Positions 1 through 7,821 of a stretch of 24,000 nt of DNA are shown one piece after another. Below the pieces are notes generated by a model. The model did not search any database and was not told the DNA's origin. It saw nothing but the letters and a program-made list of their open reading frames with translations. The first letter of the stretch is position 1. The number at the start of each line of letters is the position of its first letter. This DNA is from Methanobacteriota archaeon (GTDB lineage Archaea; Thermoplasmatota; E2; DHVEG-1): positions 502,632 through 526,631 of the forward strand of contig CAVYNH010000006.1 in NCBI GenBank assembly GCA_963769885.1. The letters are read 5' to 3'. The translations under genes and the position numbers were made by a program.

Positions 1-168
1 GACTCCCTTAACATCCTCTCCAGAACCCAGAAGATCTACGCCTGCGCCTTCCAAGGCAAACGCTACGACGTCGGCGACAAACTCGGCTACATCCAAGCCA
101 TCATCGACTTCGCCATCGCCAACCCAGAACTCAAAAACGGCGTCCTCTCCCACATCAACAGCAGCTAA
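1..168 (+). CDS. galU: UTP--glucose-1-phosphate uridylyltransferase (GalU/GtaB-like), C-terminal fragment; 5' end outside window
   Basis: Frame 1 reads ...FQGKRYDVGDKLGYIQAIIDFAIANPELKNGVLSHINSS* with TAA at 166-168. The GKRYDVGDKLGY motif is typical of the C-terminus of GalU/GtaB-type nucleotidyltransferases. Only 55 residues are visible. Confidence 0.55.
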   Translation, partial: DSLNILSRTQKIYACAFQGKRYDVGDKLGYIQAIIDFAIANPELKNGVLSHINSS

Positions 169-177
169 TCCCTTGAC

Positions 178-1278
178 TCATTTTTTCACAGCCGCTGTTA
201 TGGACTCGACGACGAACTGCTGTTGCTCATCCGTCAACTCAGGATACATCGGGATGGAGACGATCTCCTCCGCCAACCGCTCAGTGACCGGGAACTGCCC
301 CCTTCGCCACCCACGGGAGGCATACGCTGGCTGCAGATGCAACGGGATCGGATAATGAATCCCACACTCAATCCCCTGACCAGCCAGCGACGCCATCACC
401 CCAGCACGCCGCTGCGTCCGAATCACATACATGTAATAGACATGCTTCGCCCCAGGTGCCTCATGGATCCGCTCCAGTGACGACGGCAACGCCTCATCAT
501 AGAAGCGGGCATGAGCACGGCGCAGATCCGTCCACCGCGACAAATGACGCAGCTTCACGGAAAGCACGGCAGCTTGAAGGGCATCCAGCCGGTAGTTGTA
601 TCCTTCAGCCTCATGCTCATACTTTTTCGTGCGGCCATGATTCGATAACATCCGCAGCCGCGCTGCGAGCTCCGAATCATTAGTTGTAATCGCCCCGCCA
701 TCGCCATAGCACCCAAGGTTTTTCGCGGGGAAGAAACTATAACAGGCGACCCTCCCGTACGCCCCGGGTTGCCGACCTCGCCATTCCGCCCCATGGGCTT
801 GTGCAGCGTCCTCAATGATGGCGATGTCTCGGGCCTCTGCCATCTCCTGAAGACGGTCCATGTCTGGCATCTGCCCATAAAGGTCGACGACGATGATTGC
901 CTTCGTCTTCGGCGTCAGTGCCTTCTCCACACGATCGACATCAATCAGGCCCGTCTCCGGGACCACGTCCACAAAACGAATGATGCCGCCGACATACGAG
1001 ATACACTCGGTCGTCGCAATAAACGTGTTCGGGACGGTGAGTACCTCGTCTCCTTTCATCACCCCGCAGCCAAGGAGGGCGAGATGCAGCGCCGCGGTTC
1101 CGTTGGAACATCCAATCGCGTGTTTCATGGAAGTATACGCCGCAAACTCATCCTCGAAACCCTTGACTCGAGGGCCCATGATGAAGGAGCCGCTTTCCAA
1201 GACCTTATTGATAGCCTGGTCTACCTCTGATTTGATGGAATGGTAATTCGCCTTGAGGTCCACCAGCGGTATTTTCAT
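178..1278 (-). CDS. DegT/DnrJ/EryC1/StrS-family PLP-dependent sugar aminotransferase (WbpE-like)
   Basis: Translation from MKIPLVDLKANY... is typical of the family: GPRVKGFEDEFA, CSNGTAALHLAL, DAAQAHGA, and the PLP-lysine context YSFFPAKNLG. The tracked ORF 178..1419 has a 47-codon N-terminal extension overlapping the upstream gene, so I start at the ATG at 1278, which lies 4 nt after the upstream stop. Confidence 0.9.
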   Translation of the reverse strand: MKIPLVDLKANYHSIKSEVDQAINKVLESGSFIMGPRVKGFEDEFAAYTSMKHAIGCSNGTAALHLALLGCGVMKGDEVLTVPNTFIATTECISYVGGIIRFVDVVPETGLIDVDRVEKALTPKTKAIIVVDLYGQMPDMDRLQEMAEARDIAIIEDAAQAHGAEWRGRQPGAYGRVACYSFFPAKNLGCYGDGGAITTNDSELAARLRMLSNHGRTKKYEHEAEGYNYRLDALQAAVLSVKLRHLSRWTDLRRAHARFYDEALPSSLERIHEAPGAKHVYYMYVIRTQRRAGVMASLAGQGIECGIHYPIPLHLQPAYASRGWRRGQFPVTERLAEEIVSIPMYPELTDEQQQFVVESITAAVKK

Positions 1279-1282
1279 GGGT

Positions 1283-1759
1283 TCACTCTCGTCGCAGCGA
1301 CCGCAGCTTTCGAGCTGGGTTCCCTGCATAGATTCCCGGAGAGGTAATGTCTTTGGTAACGACAGACCCGGCGCCAATAACAACGTGATCAGTGATGCAG
1401 ACCGGAAGGATTGTCGCATTCGTCCCTATCGACACGTGGTTGCCGATGGTGGTTGGTTTCCACAACGACTGATCTCCGCCCGCTGGTCTGCCGACTGAGA
1501 AGAGATCGTTGACGAACTTCGCCCCGTGGGAGATGAAACAGTAGTCTCCAATGGTCACAAGCGAGCAGATGAAGGCGTGGGATTGGATCTTGCAGTTACG
1601 GCCGATCTTGACCGTGCTTTGAATCTCGACAAACGGACCGATGAAGCAGTTATCGCCGATCTCGCATTCGTAGAGGTTCACGGGCTCGACGACGGTCACG
1701 TTCTCTCCGAAGGTCACGTCTCTGATTTGGGCCTTAGACAGCTTTGGAGTGTTCGTCAT
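1283..1759 (-). CDS. Left-handed beta-helix (hexapeptide-repeat) sugar N-acetyltransferase (WbpD-like)
   Basis: 158 aa with repeated hexapeptide-like [LIV]G-x4 units (IGDNCFIGPFVEI, IGRNCKIQSHAFI, IGDYCFISHGAKF, IGNHVSIGTNATI, IGAGSVV). It sits between an oxidoreductase and an aminotransferase gene. Confidence 0.8.
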   Translation of the reverse strand: MTNTPKLSKAQIRDVTFGENVTVVEPVNLYECEIGDNCFIGPFVEIQSTVKIGRNCKIQSHAFICSLVTIGDYCFISHGAKFVNDLFSVGRPAGGDQSLWKPTTIGNHVSIGTNATILPVCITDHVVIGAGSVVTKDITSPGIYAGNPARKLRSLRRE

Positions 1760-2789
1760 TTAGCACGTTCCCTTAAGTTTCCTACCCGATGCTTTGTATA
1801 TTTTTTCAATGATTTGAACGGTCTTGAGGCCGTCGAGCATGTCTGTGGTGATTCGGCCGCCGTGGACAAGGACATCGACGATGTTTTGGTAGACTTTGTC
1901 GTGATTGGACATCGATCCTTGGGCTTTGCCGTAGATGTTCGGCGGGTTTCCGAGGGGGAGGCTGGGGATCGTATAGCCCTCGATATTTTGGTACTCGAGG
2001 ATGTTGAGGGTACTGTCCGCCGATCTTCACAGTCCCTTTTTCACCGAAGAGCGTCAACGAGCCCTCCATGTTCTTGCCGTAGCTGTCGATTGTGAAGTTG
2101 ATCGCCCCGATTGCCCCGGAGGAGAACGAAAGGATGGCGACGCCCGTGTCCTCGAATTCCACGGTGTCATGGTGCAGGTAGTTTTGGGTATATACTTTCA
2201 CGTCCTCGACGTCTCCGATGAGCCAGTAGATGAGGTCGATGAAGTGGCTGTACTGGGTGAAGAGGGTGCCTCCGTCTAGCGCGAGTTTCCCCCGCCAGTC
2301 GGATTCTCGATAATAGTCTTGGTTCCTGTTCCAGAAGCAGTTGACTTGGATGTTGATGATCTTGCCGAGTTTCCCGGCGTCGATGGCCTGTTTTAGGGCG
2401 GCGACGGGGGGGTTAAACCGGTTTTGCTTGACGATAAATAGCCGGCGGTTGGTCTCTTCTGCGGTATGGATCATGCGTTCGCAGTCGTGGACGGTTGTGG
2501 CCATGGGTTTTTCGCAGAGGACGTTGCAGCCTGCCTTTAACGCCGCGATGGTATGATGCGCATGGAGTCCATTGGGCGTGCAGATGGAGATGAGGTCCAG
2601 GGTTTTTTCCTCGGCGAGCATGTCTTCGAGGGAATAGTATGCCCGGCAGTTGTAGGCCGCGGCGATGGTGTCGGCTCGGTCGTGTTTGATGTCGCAGACT
2701 GCCGCGAGGTCGCCGATGGCGTTTGCGTGTCGTGCGTGTTGGGAGCCGATGTGGCCGACTCCGAGGACTGCGATACGGAGTTTTTTCAT
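1760..2789 (-). pseudogene. Gfo/Idh/MocA-family NAD-dependent sugar oxidoreductase (WbpB-like), reading frame broken by one extra base near 2007-2010 (pseudogene or assembly indel)
   Basis: The N-terminus MKKLRIAVLGVGHIGSQHA... (Rossmann GxGxxG), EKPMA and the following domain are family-typical up to ...GTVKIGGQY. After that the tracked ORF (1806..2789) becomes P/R/H-rich nonsense. Shifting one base at TACCCTC gives LNILEYQNIEGYTIPSLPPGNPPNIYGKAQGSMSNHDKVYQNIVDVLVHGGRITTDMLDGLKTVQIIEKIYKASG..., ending at TAA 1760-1762, directly abutting the next ATG at 1759. The span is 1030 nt, which is 3n+1. Confidence 0.8.
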
Positions 2790-2813
2790 GTCTCTTGCGG
2801 ATAATTCTTCTCC

Positions 2814-2828
2814 CCTATTTAAACAATG
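2814..2828 (-). promoter_or_regulatory. TATA-like box for the minus-strand sugar-modification operon
   Basis: Plus strand cctatttaaacaatg (minus strand TTTAAATA) is centred about 31 nt upstream of the ATG at 2789. Sequence pattern only. Confidence 0.4.
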
Positions 2829-2887
2829 ACCGCCGTTTCCAGGTGGAGAGGAGGGTGTGGGTCTGTGGGGATTCCAGGGAAGGATGA

Positions 2888-2897
2888 TTTTATATAG
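2888..2897 (+). promoter_or_regulatory. TATA-like box for the 2934 gene
   Basis: ttttatatag is centred about 40 nt upstream of the ATG at 2934. Sequence pattern only. Confidence 0.4.
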
Positions 2898-2933
2898 CTC
2901 TAGTGGTCTTTTTGATTGGGGTGAATTGGTACT

Positions 2934-3629
2934 ATGAAGAAGATCTTGGTAGTTGGGGCTGTCCTTGTTGTGGTCAGTCTCTTAGGCATCTCGTTGTCAT
3001 CGGCAGTGGTTGTTCGGCCGTCAGAGCCGGCGAGTGAAGCGACTCTTGACCAGAATCCTGTATGGGAGGCGGCAGAGCGTGTGTTGCCTGCGTCGGTTGC
3101 GAAGCAGATTTTGACTCTGGCGCAGGATCATCCTGAAGTCGCTTCAGCCATGGCCATGAGGGGATCGGTTGGGCAGCTGGCTAATGGATCTAATACGTCG
3201 TTTTTGACGAAGATGTGGCGGGTCGTGTTCTACTACCGCCTCTGTCGCTTATTGTTCAGTTATGGCGTGTTCACCGTGTTTCCCACGAAGGTCATGGGAG
3301 TCCGTGTATTGCATTGGGCGATCCAGGTCTTGAAGTGGGTTCAGATTGGTTTATTGCTTGGTCTGATTGAGGTCCCGCAGCCGCCACCGGTGCCACCTGA
3401 GATTTCGTTTGTGGCGGACGATACGAACCGGACTATGACGGTGACGGCAGTAAATTTCTCGCAACCTGTTAACTGGTCCGATATCGCTCAGGTTGGGAAT
3501 GGCACGTGTGACCCCTTGCCGAATGGGACCGTGGAGGCCGGGGATATGATTACGAACTGTTCCGGGTGGATCATCCTAGTATATGTGCCGTATTCGGCAT
3601 GGCTGTACGATCATCAGTTCCCTGAGTGA
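2934..3629 (+). CDS. Secreted/membrane-associated hypothetical protein, rich in N-glycosylation sequons
   Basis: N-terminal MKKILVVGAVLVVVSLLGISLSSA looks like a signal peptide or anchor, and there is a hydrophobic central segment. It has 8 N-x-S/T sequons, six of them in the last ~70 residues (NRT, NFS, NWS, NGT, NGT, NCS). I recognise no family. Confidence 0.6.
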   Translation: MKKILVVGAVLVVVSLLGISLSSAVVVRPSEPASEATLDQNPVWEAAERVLPASVAKQILTLAQDHPEVASAMAMRGSVGQLANGSNTSFLTKMWRVVFYYRLCRLLFSYGVFTVFPTKVMGVRVLHWAIQVLKWVQIGLLLGLIEVPQPPPVPPEISFVADDTNRTMTVTAVNFSQPVNWSDIAQVGNGTCDPLPNGTVEAGDMITNCSGWIILVYVPYSAWLYDHQFPE

Positions 3630-3647
3630 AGTCTTCGCTGGGTTGTC

Positions 3648-4643
3648 TTAGAGCTTGCTGTAGACGAGTCCTCGCAGGAAGCCGAGGCCATATCCGACGT
3701 GGATGAGGAGGTAAAAGAAAGGGCTGGTGATGACGACTGCAAGCCGTCGGATGACCTGCAAGATGCTTATTATTGAGAGGAGGATATAGGCGACGACGAG
3801 GAGGGGGACAACCCAGATTGGAATGAGGAGGGTGGCGGTCAGCGCCACGAGGGAGATGCCGCCGATGATGAGGACTGGTCCGAGGAGATGGAAGTATCTC
3901 AGGGTCGTGGGATGTTTTTTAACCATTTTCGCGCGCGCGATCCCGTAGCGGTACATCTGGTGCCAGAGTGACCGGATGGTGGGTCGTTTGAAGTGGAGGA
4001 CCTTGGTGTTGGGGGTGTAGAGGATCTTGTAGCCGGCGTCGCGGAGGCGGATGTCGAGCTCGTAATCTTGGCCGCACCAAAAATCCGGGTCGAATTTCCC
4101 GACTTGTTCGACGGGTTTGCGGCGGTAGCAGGCGAAGGAGATGTGGTCGGTGAATCGTTCGGTAGGGTACACGGCGTTTTGCGAGAAGAAGCTCTTGCCG
4201 CCGAGGAAGCTGAGGAAGGCGGCGGCGGAGGCTTGGGCGATGAAGCCTTGATCTGGGGGGGAGAGGTTGGAGCATCCGACGGCGGCGACGTCCGGTGGCT
4301 GTTGCTGGAGGGTGAGGGCGAGGACGGTGAGGAGGTTTTGTTCGGCGATGACGTGACCGGAGTAGTTCATGAGCATGTCGGTGGTGGAGTGGTCGATGCA
4401 GAGGTTGCGGCCGATGGCGGTGTTGCCGGTTGGGTTGTCAATGATTTTGATGGTGGGGTGTTTTTTGGCGTAGTCTTCGGCGATGGCTCGGGTGGCGTCG
4501 GTTGAGGGTCCGATGGCGAGGAGGATCTCGGTTTTATCTTTGGGGTAGTCTAAGTTGAGGAGGGCGTCGAGGCATTGCCTGAGGGTTTTTTCTTCGTTTC
4601 GTAGGGGTATGAGGAATGCGACTTTGGGATACTCGCATTGCAT
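3648..4643 (-). CDS. Family 2 glycosyltransferase with C-terminal transmembrane segments
   Basis: The N-terminal VAFLIPLRNEEKTLRQCLDALLNLDYP...EILLAIGPSTDAT...IIDNP pattern is typical of the GT2 (GT-A fold) family. The C-terminal ~90 residues are strongly hydrophobic. Confidence 0.85.
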   Translation of the reverse strand: MQCEYPKVAFLIPLRNEEKTLRQCLDALLNLDYPKDKTEILLAIGPSTDATRAIAEDYAKKHPTIKIIDNPTGNTAIGRNLCIDHSTTDMLMNYSGHVIAEQNLLTVLALTLQQQPPDVAAVGCSNLSPPDQGFIAQASAAAFLSFLGGKSFFSQNAVYPTERFTDHISFACYRRKPVEQVGKFDPDFWCGQDYELDIRLRDAGYKILYTPNTKVLHFKRPTIRSLWHQMYRYGIARAKMVKKHPTTLRYFHLLGPVLIIGGISLVALTATLLIPIWVVPLLVVAYILLSIISILQVIRRLAVVITSPFFYLLIHVGYGLGFLRGLVYSKL

Positions 4644-4748
4644 GGGGGGTAAAAAACAGCTGATTCTATTTAATTGTACTTGCTGGGTCGTGTGGGAGCG
4701 AAGTGGAAATATTGCGGAAAAGAGGGAAATGGTTGGTTGAGTGTGTCC

Positions 4749-6362
4749 TTATTTACGGTCTTCGTCTGATTCTTCCTTGATTTCTGTTTTGATGTATTTG
4801 TACATCTCGCGTGGGTGGAGGATGTTAAGGAAGAACCTAAGGTCTTTTTTGGTGAATTCGCGCATAAGGGAGAGGATTCCGAGGTAGAGGAGGAGGCCGA
4901 CGGCGGCGACGAGGAGAACGGTGTACCAGCGGTTGATGAGGACAAGGGTGCTGACGGCGTAGAGCGCGAGGCCCATGAGGGCTCCGGCGAGGATGTGCAG
5001 GAATGTTTTGAGTGGGATTATTGTTGAGTGGACGAGTCGTTTTGCAGAGATTTTTAGGAGCACGAGTCCGACGAAGATTGCGGTGCTGGAGGCAATGGCG
5101 GCGCCAGTGGGGCCGTTGATGCCGAGGGGGGCGAGCAGTCCCTGTTGTGGGACGAAGAGGAAGTCGAGGATGATGTTGATGAGGCAGATGATGAGCCCGT
5201 TTTTCGCCGCGACCTTCGGCTTGTTTACTCCTGTGATAAGGGAAGTATGGAGGGCCATGTAGGTGTAGATGAAGGTGTAGATGGAGAGGGTGATGAGGAC
5301 GCTTATCGCTGGGTAGAAGGAGCTGTTGAGCATGATGCTGATGATTGGTTTGGCGAAGACGATGATGACGACGATGACTGGGATCATGATCATGCTGATA
5401 TATCGTTCCGCCATTGCAAGGGTCTCGCGTATTTTCCCGTAGTCAGCGGTTGAGTGGAATTGTGAGAAGGCGGGGAAGAGGACGAAGGTCATGGCGGCGG
5501 AGATGATGAGGAGGATTTGGATGATTTGCTGGACGGAGAAGTAATAGCCGACCTCGACGGAGGTCCAGAAGAATCCGATGACGATTCGGTCCAAGTTCGC
5601 GGAGAGGATTAGGAGCACTGAGATGAGGAGGGTCGGGAGGGCGAAGCTGAAGTAGTTTTTTGCCAGTGCCATGCTCGGTCGTTTCACTGGGCATTTTCTG
5701 AGGAACCAGAATCCAATGATCGCTGAGGCAATCATGCCGAAGACATAGGCCATGGCCTGGGATCCGACGGCGTGGGTTGCGATGAATTGCTGCAGTGGTG
5801 TGAGTGTCTCGGGCCAGATGATGAGCGGGGCGATGCCGGCGATGGTGACTCCTGCGAGTGCGACAAAGATGGTGAGGGGGACTTTCACGATGTTCTCCGT
5901 GACGGCCGTGAGTTGTTGTTTCGCAATTTCGCCTTTTCCGTTAAAGGTCACCATGGTGATTTGTTGGAGGTTGTAGAAGAAGTAGTAGATGACAAAGACG
6001 TAGACGATGGATTCTGTGGTCGCGTCAGTGAAGCCGCCATGAAGGAGAGTTTTCCATAAGAAGATGCTAGTGAGGACAACAGCGACCATGAGCAGGTTGA
6101 GAAGTATTTTTATGGTGGCGAAGGTGCCGATGCAGGTGCTAAGGTCTTGGCCTTCGGAGATGCGTTTGATGTGTGCCTGGGTGAAACCAAGGTCGCCGAT
6201 GATGTTGAAGATGCTGACAAAAGCCATGGCGAACCCGATGATTCCGAGGGCTTCGGGGGCGAAACCGCCCCACAGCTTGGCGAGGATGAGGAGTCCGAAC
6301 CATCCGAGGAACCGGGTGAAAAACTGTGCTCCGATAACGAGGAATGATTTTCTTGCCAGCAT
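4749..6362 (-). CDS. Polysaccharide/oligosaccharide flippase, MOP superfamily (Wzx/RfbX-like)
   Basis: 537 aa, multi-pass hydrophobic throughout. The N-terminal KSFLVIGAQFFTRFLGWFGLLILAKLWGGFAPEALGIIGFAMAF pattern is typical of Polysacc_synt proteins. Glycosylation-cluster context. Confidence 0.8.
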   Translation of the reverse strand: MLARKSFLVIGAQFFTRFLGWFGLLILAKLWGGFAPEALGIIGFAMAFVSIFNIIGDLGFTQAHIKRISEGQDLSTCIGTFATIKILLNLLMVAVVLTSIFLWKTLLHGGFTDATTESIVYVFVIYYFFYNLQQITMVTFNGKGEIAKQQLTAVTENIVKVPLTIFVALAGVTIAGIAPLIIWPETLTPLQQFIATHAVGSQAMAYVFGMIASAIIGFWFLRKCPVKRPSMALAKNYFSFALPTLLISVLLILSANLDRIVIGFFWTSVEVGYYFSVQQIIQILLIISAAMTFVLFPAFSQFHSTADYGKIRETLAMAERYISMIMIPVIVVIIVFAKPIISIMLNSSFYPAISVLITLSIYTFIYTYMALHTSLITGVNKPKVAAKNGLIICLINIILDFLFVPQQGLLAPLGINGPTGAAIASSTAIFVGLVLLKISAKRLVHSTIIPLKTFLHILAGALMGLALYAVSTLVLINRWYTVLLVAAVGLLLYLGILSLMREFTKKDLRFFLNILHPREMYKYIKTEIKEESDEDRK

Positions 6363-6536
6363 GAGGTCAGGGGGAACATCATTCTTTGTCTTTTAAAGAT
6401 GTATCCTTAGCACCCTCGGTTTTAAGAAAGGGAAAAAACCGTTCACCAAACTGCGGTGTCTGGGTTCAACTCGCCATTGCAAATTGATTCAGGTCCATGG
6501 GAAGCAAAACAGGTTCAGGGAAATCACTGCTGCCGA

Positions 6537-6908
6537 CTACCCAATGACCTGAACGACATGCTCGTTCAGAATAAGGAACTCCACGAGCTCCTGCGTCTTC
6601 TTCAGGTTCTTGAGCAGATTAGAGTCGACCGTGTACTTAAAGCGTGACAGGATACGACTACCGGTCGGCCCCCAGCTCCCGATCTCTACGTACTGACCGT
6701 CCACATTCTTAATCCCCCCGAGAATCGTGAATGACTCGGTGACCATCCGATACGAACAAGACCCACATTCCATAACCGTACGATAGGGGACAAACGCGTT
6801 GTCCACATCATAAATCGGCTCAATCTGGATAATGGTCAGCTTCCCCTGGCATTGCGGGCAGCGCAGCCCAGGCGCCCCCGGCTCATGAACCATTTTCTCC
6901 TCCTGCAT
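6537..6908 (-). CDS. Hypothetical zinc-ribbon protein
   Basis: 123-aa ORF with CPQC (residues 17-20) and CGSC (residues 48-51), forming a 4-Cys ribbon. TATA-like ATTATT lies about 36 nt upstream. I recognise no family. Confidence 0.5.
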   Translation of the reverse strand: MQEEKMVHEPGAPGLRCPQCQGKLTIIQIEPIYDVDNAFVPYRTVMECGSCSYRMVTESFTILGGIKNVDGQYVEIGSWGPTGSRILSRFKYTVDSNLLKNLKKTQELVEFLILNEHVVQVIG

Positions 6909-7035
6909 GAGGCTCCCTTCCGAATACTTTCTCCACTCCGTATTATTACTCCGTTCCCCTATATAGAGTTTTGCACCCTTCCGCCACGATCCGGCACGGC
7001 CTTATTAACACCCACGAAGATAGCGGAATACGACG

Positions 7036-7821
7036 ATGCCACACATGAAAATCATCACGTTTCTCACGGACTTCGGCGACAAAGACGGGTACGTCGCCCA
7101 GATGAAAGGCGTCGCCAGCTGTCTGACCAACGCACGGCTCCTCGACATCACCCATGATGTTCCCGCGCACCACGTGCGGCACGGCGCCTTCCTCCTCTGG
7201 ACCGTCGCCGGATGGTTCCCCAAAGGAACCGTCCATGTCGCCGTGGTCGACCCTGGCGTCGGGACCCCCAGAAAACCCATCTTTGTCGTCGCCAAGAATT
7301 ACGTTTTCATCGGCCCGGACAACGGCCTGCTCCTCCCCGCCTGTCACAACGAGTCCCCGTTCACCGTCTATGAGATCACCGAACAGAATTTCCATATCCA
7401 TGGCGGTCAAACGTTCCATGGGCGTGACATCTTCACCCCGGTCGCCGCGTACATCACCAACGGCGTCCCGTTCGAAAAACTCGGGAGGCCGACGACGTCT
7501 TACGTCGACCTCCGGTTTCCTATAGCAGAGCGGCATGAAGACGCAATCCACGGGATGATTCTCTATGTGGACCGTTTCGGCAACCTCATTACCAACATCA
7601 AGGGCCAGCTGCTTCCGGCCCGGGAAGGCAGAGTACGTATCTCATTCTCTGGCCATGAGGAGAGCCTGCCCGTTATGTCATCGTACGGTCATGTTGGCGT
7701 GGGGGAGCCGCTGCTCACGGTGGGCAGTAGCGGGTTCCTTGAGATCGCCGTGAACAAAGGGAATGCAGCGACCAGGTTCCAGGCACGTGAGGAGGATCCG
7801 GTCGCGATTCGGCTCGTCTAA
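7036..7821 (+). CDS. SAM hydroxide adenosyltransferase / SAM hydrolase family protein (DUF62)
   Basis: MKIITFLTDFGDKDGYVAQMKGV..., VVDPGVGT, IGPDNGLL, FHGRDIFTPVAAY and DRFGNLITNI are hallmarks of the DUF62 family (fluorinase/chlorinase-related SAM hydrolases). Confidence 0.85.
   Translation: MPHMKIITFLTDFGDKDGYVAQMKGVASCLTNARLLDITHDVPAHHVRHGAFLLWTVAGWFPKGTVHVAVVDPGVGTPRKPIFVVAKNYVFIGPDNGLLLPACHNESPFTVYEITEQNFHIHGGQTFHGRDIFTPVAAYITNGVPFEKLGRPTTSYVDLRFPIAERHEDAIHGMILYVDRFGNLITNIKGQLLPAREGRVRISFSGHEESLPVMSSYGHVGVGEPLLTVGSSGFLEIAVNKGNAATRFQAREEDPVAIRLV

Noticed and set aside
1279-1419. N-terminal extensions in tracked ORFs: 178..1419, 13022..13891, 14923..15246, 15351..15968, 22024..23004 and 15307 (TTG).
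   Set aside because: The extensions overlap neighbouring genes, a tRNA intron or TATA-like boxes, and they read as non-protein-like sequence. Internal ATGs give family-typical N-termini.
2000-2020. Programmed ribosomal frameshifting as the explanation for the frame breaks at 2008, about 8049, 14267 and 14420.
   Set aside because: No X-XXY-YYZ slippery heptamer or obvious downstream hairpin or pseudoknot is present. The sites are unrelated in sequence, and three are plain homopolymer runs. Indel error or mutation is more parsimonious.
2837-2878. Direct repeat TTCCAGG at 2837-2843 and 2872-2878 in the 2790-2933 divergent spacer.
   Set aside because: It is only 7 nt in two copies within G-rich sequence, with no symmetry with the TATA boxes. 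That is not distinguishable from chance by eye.
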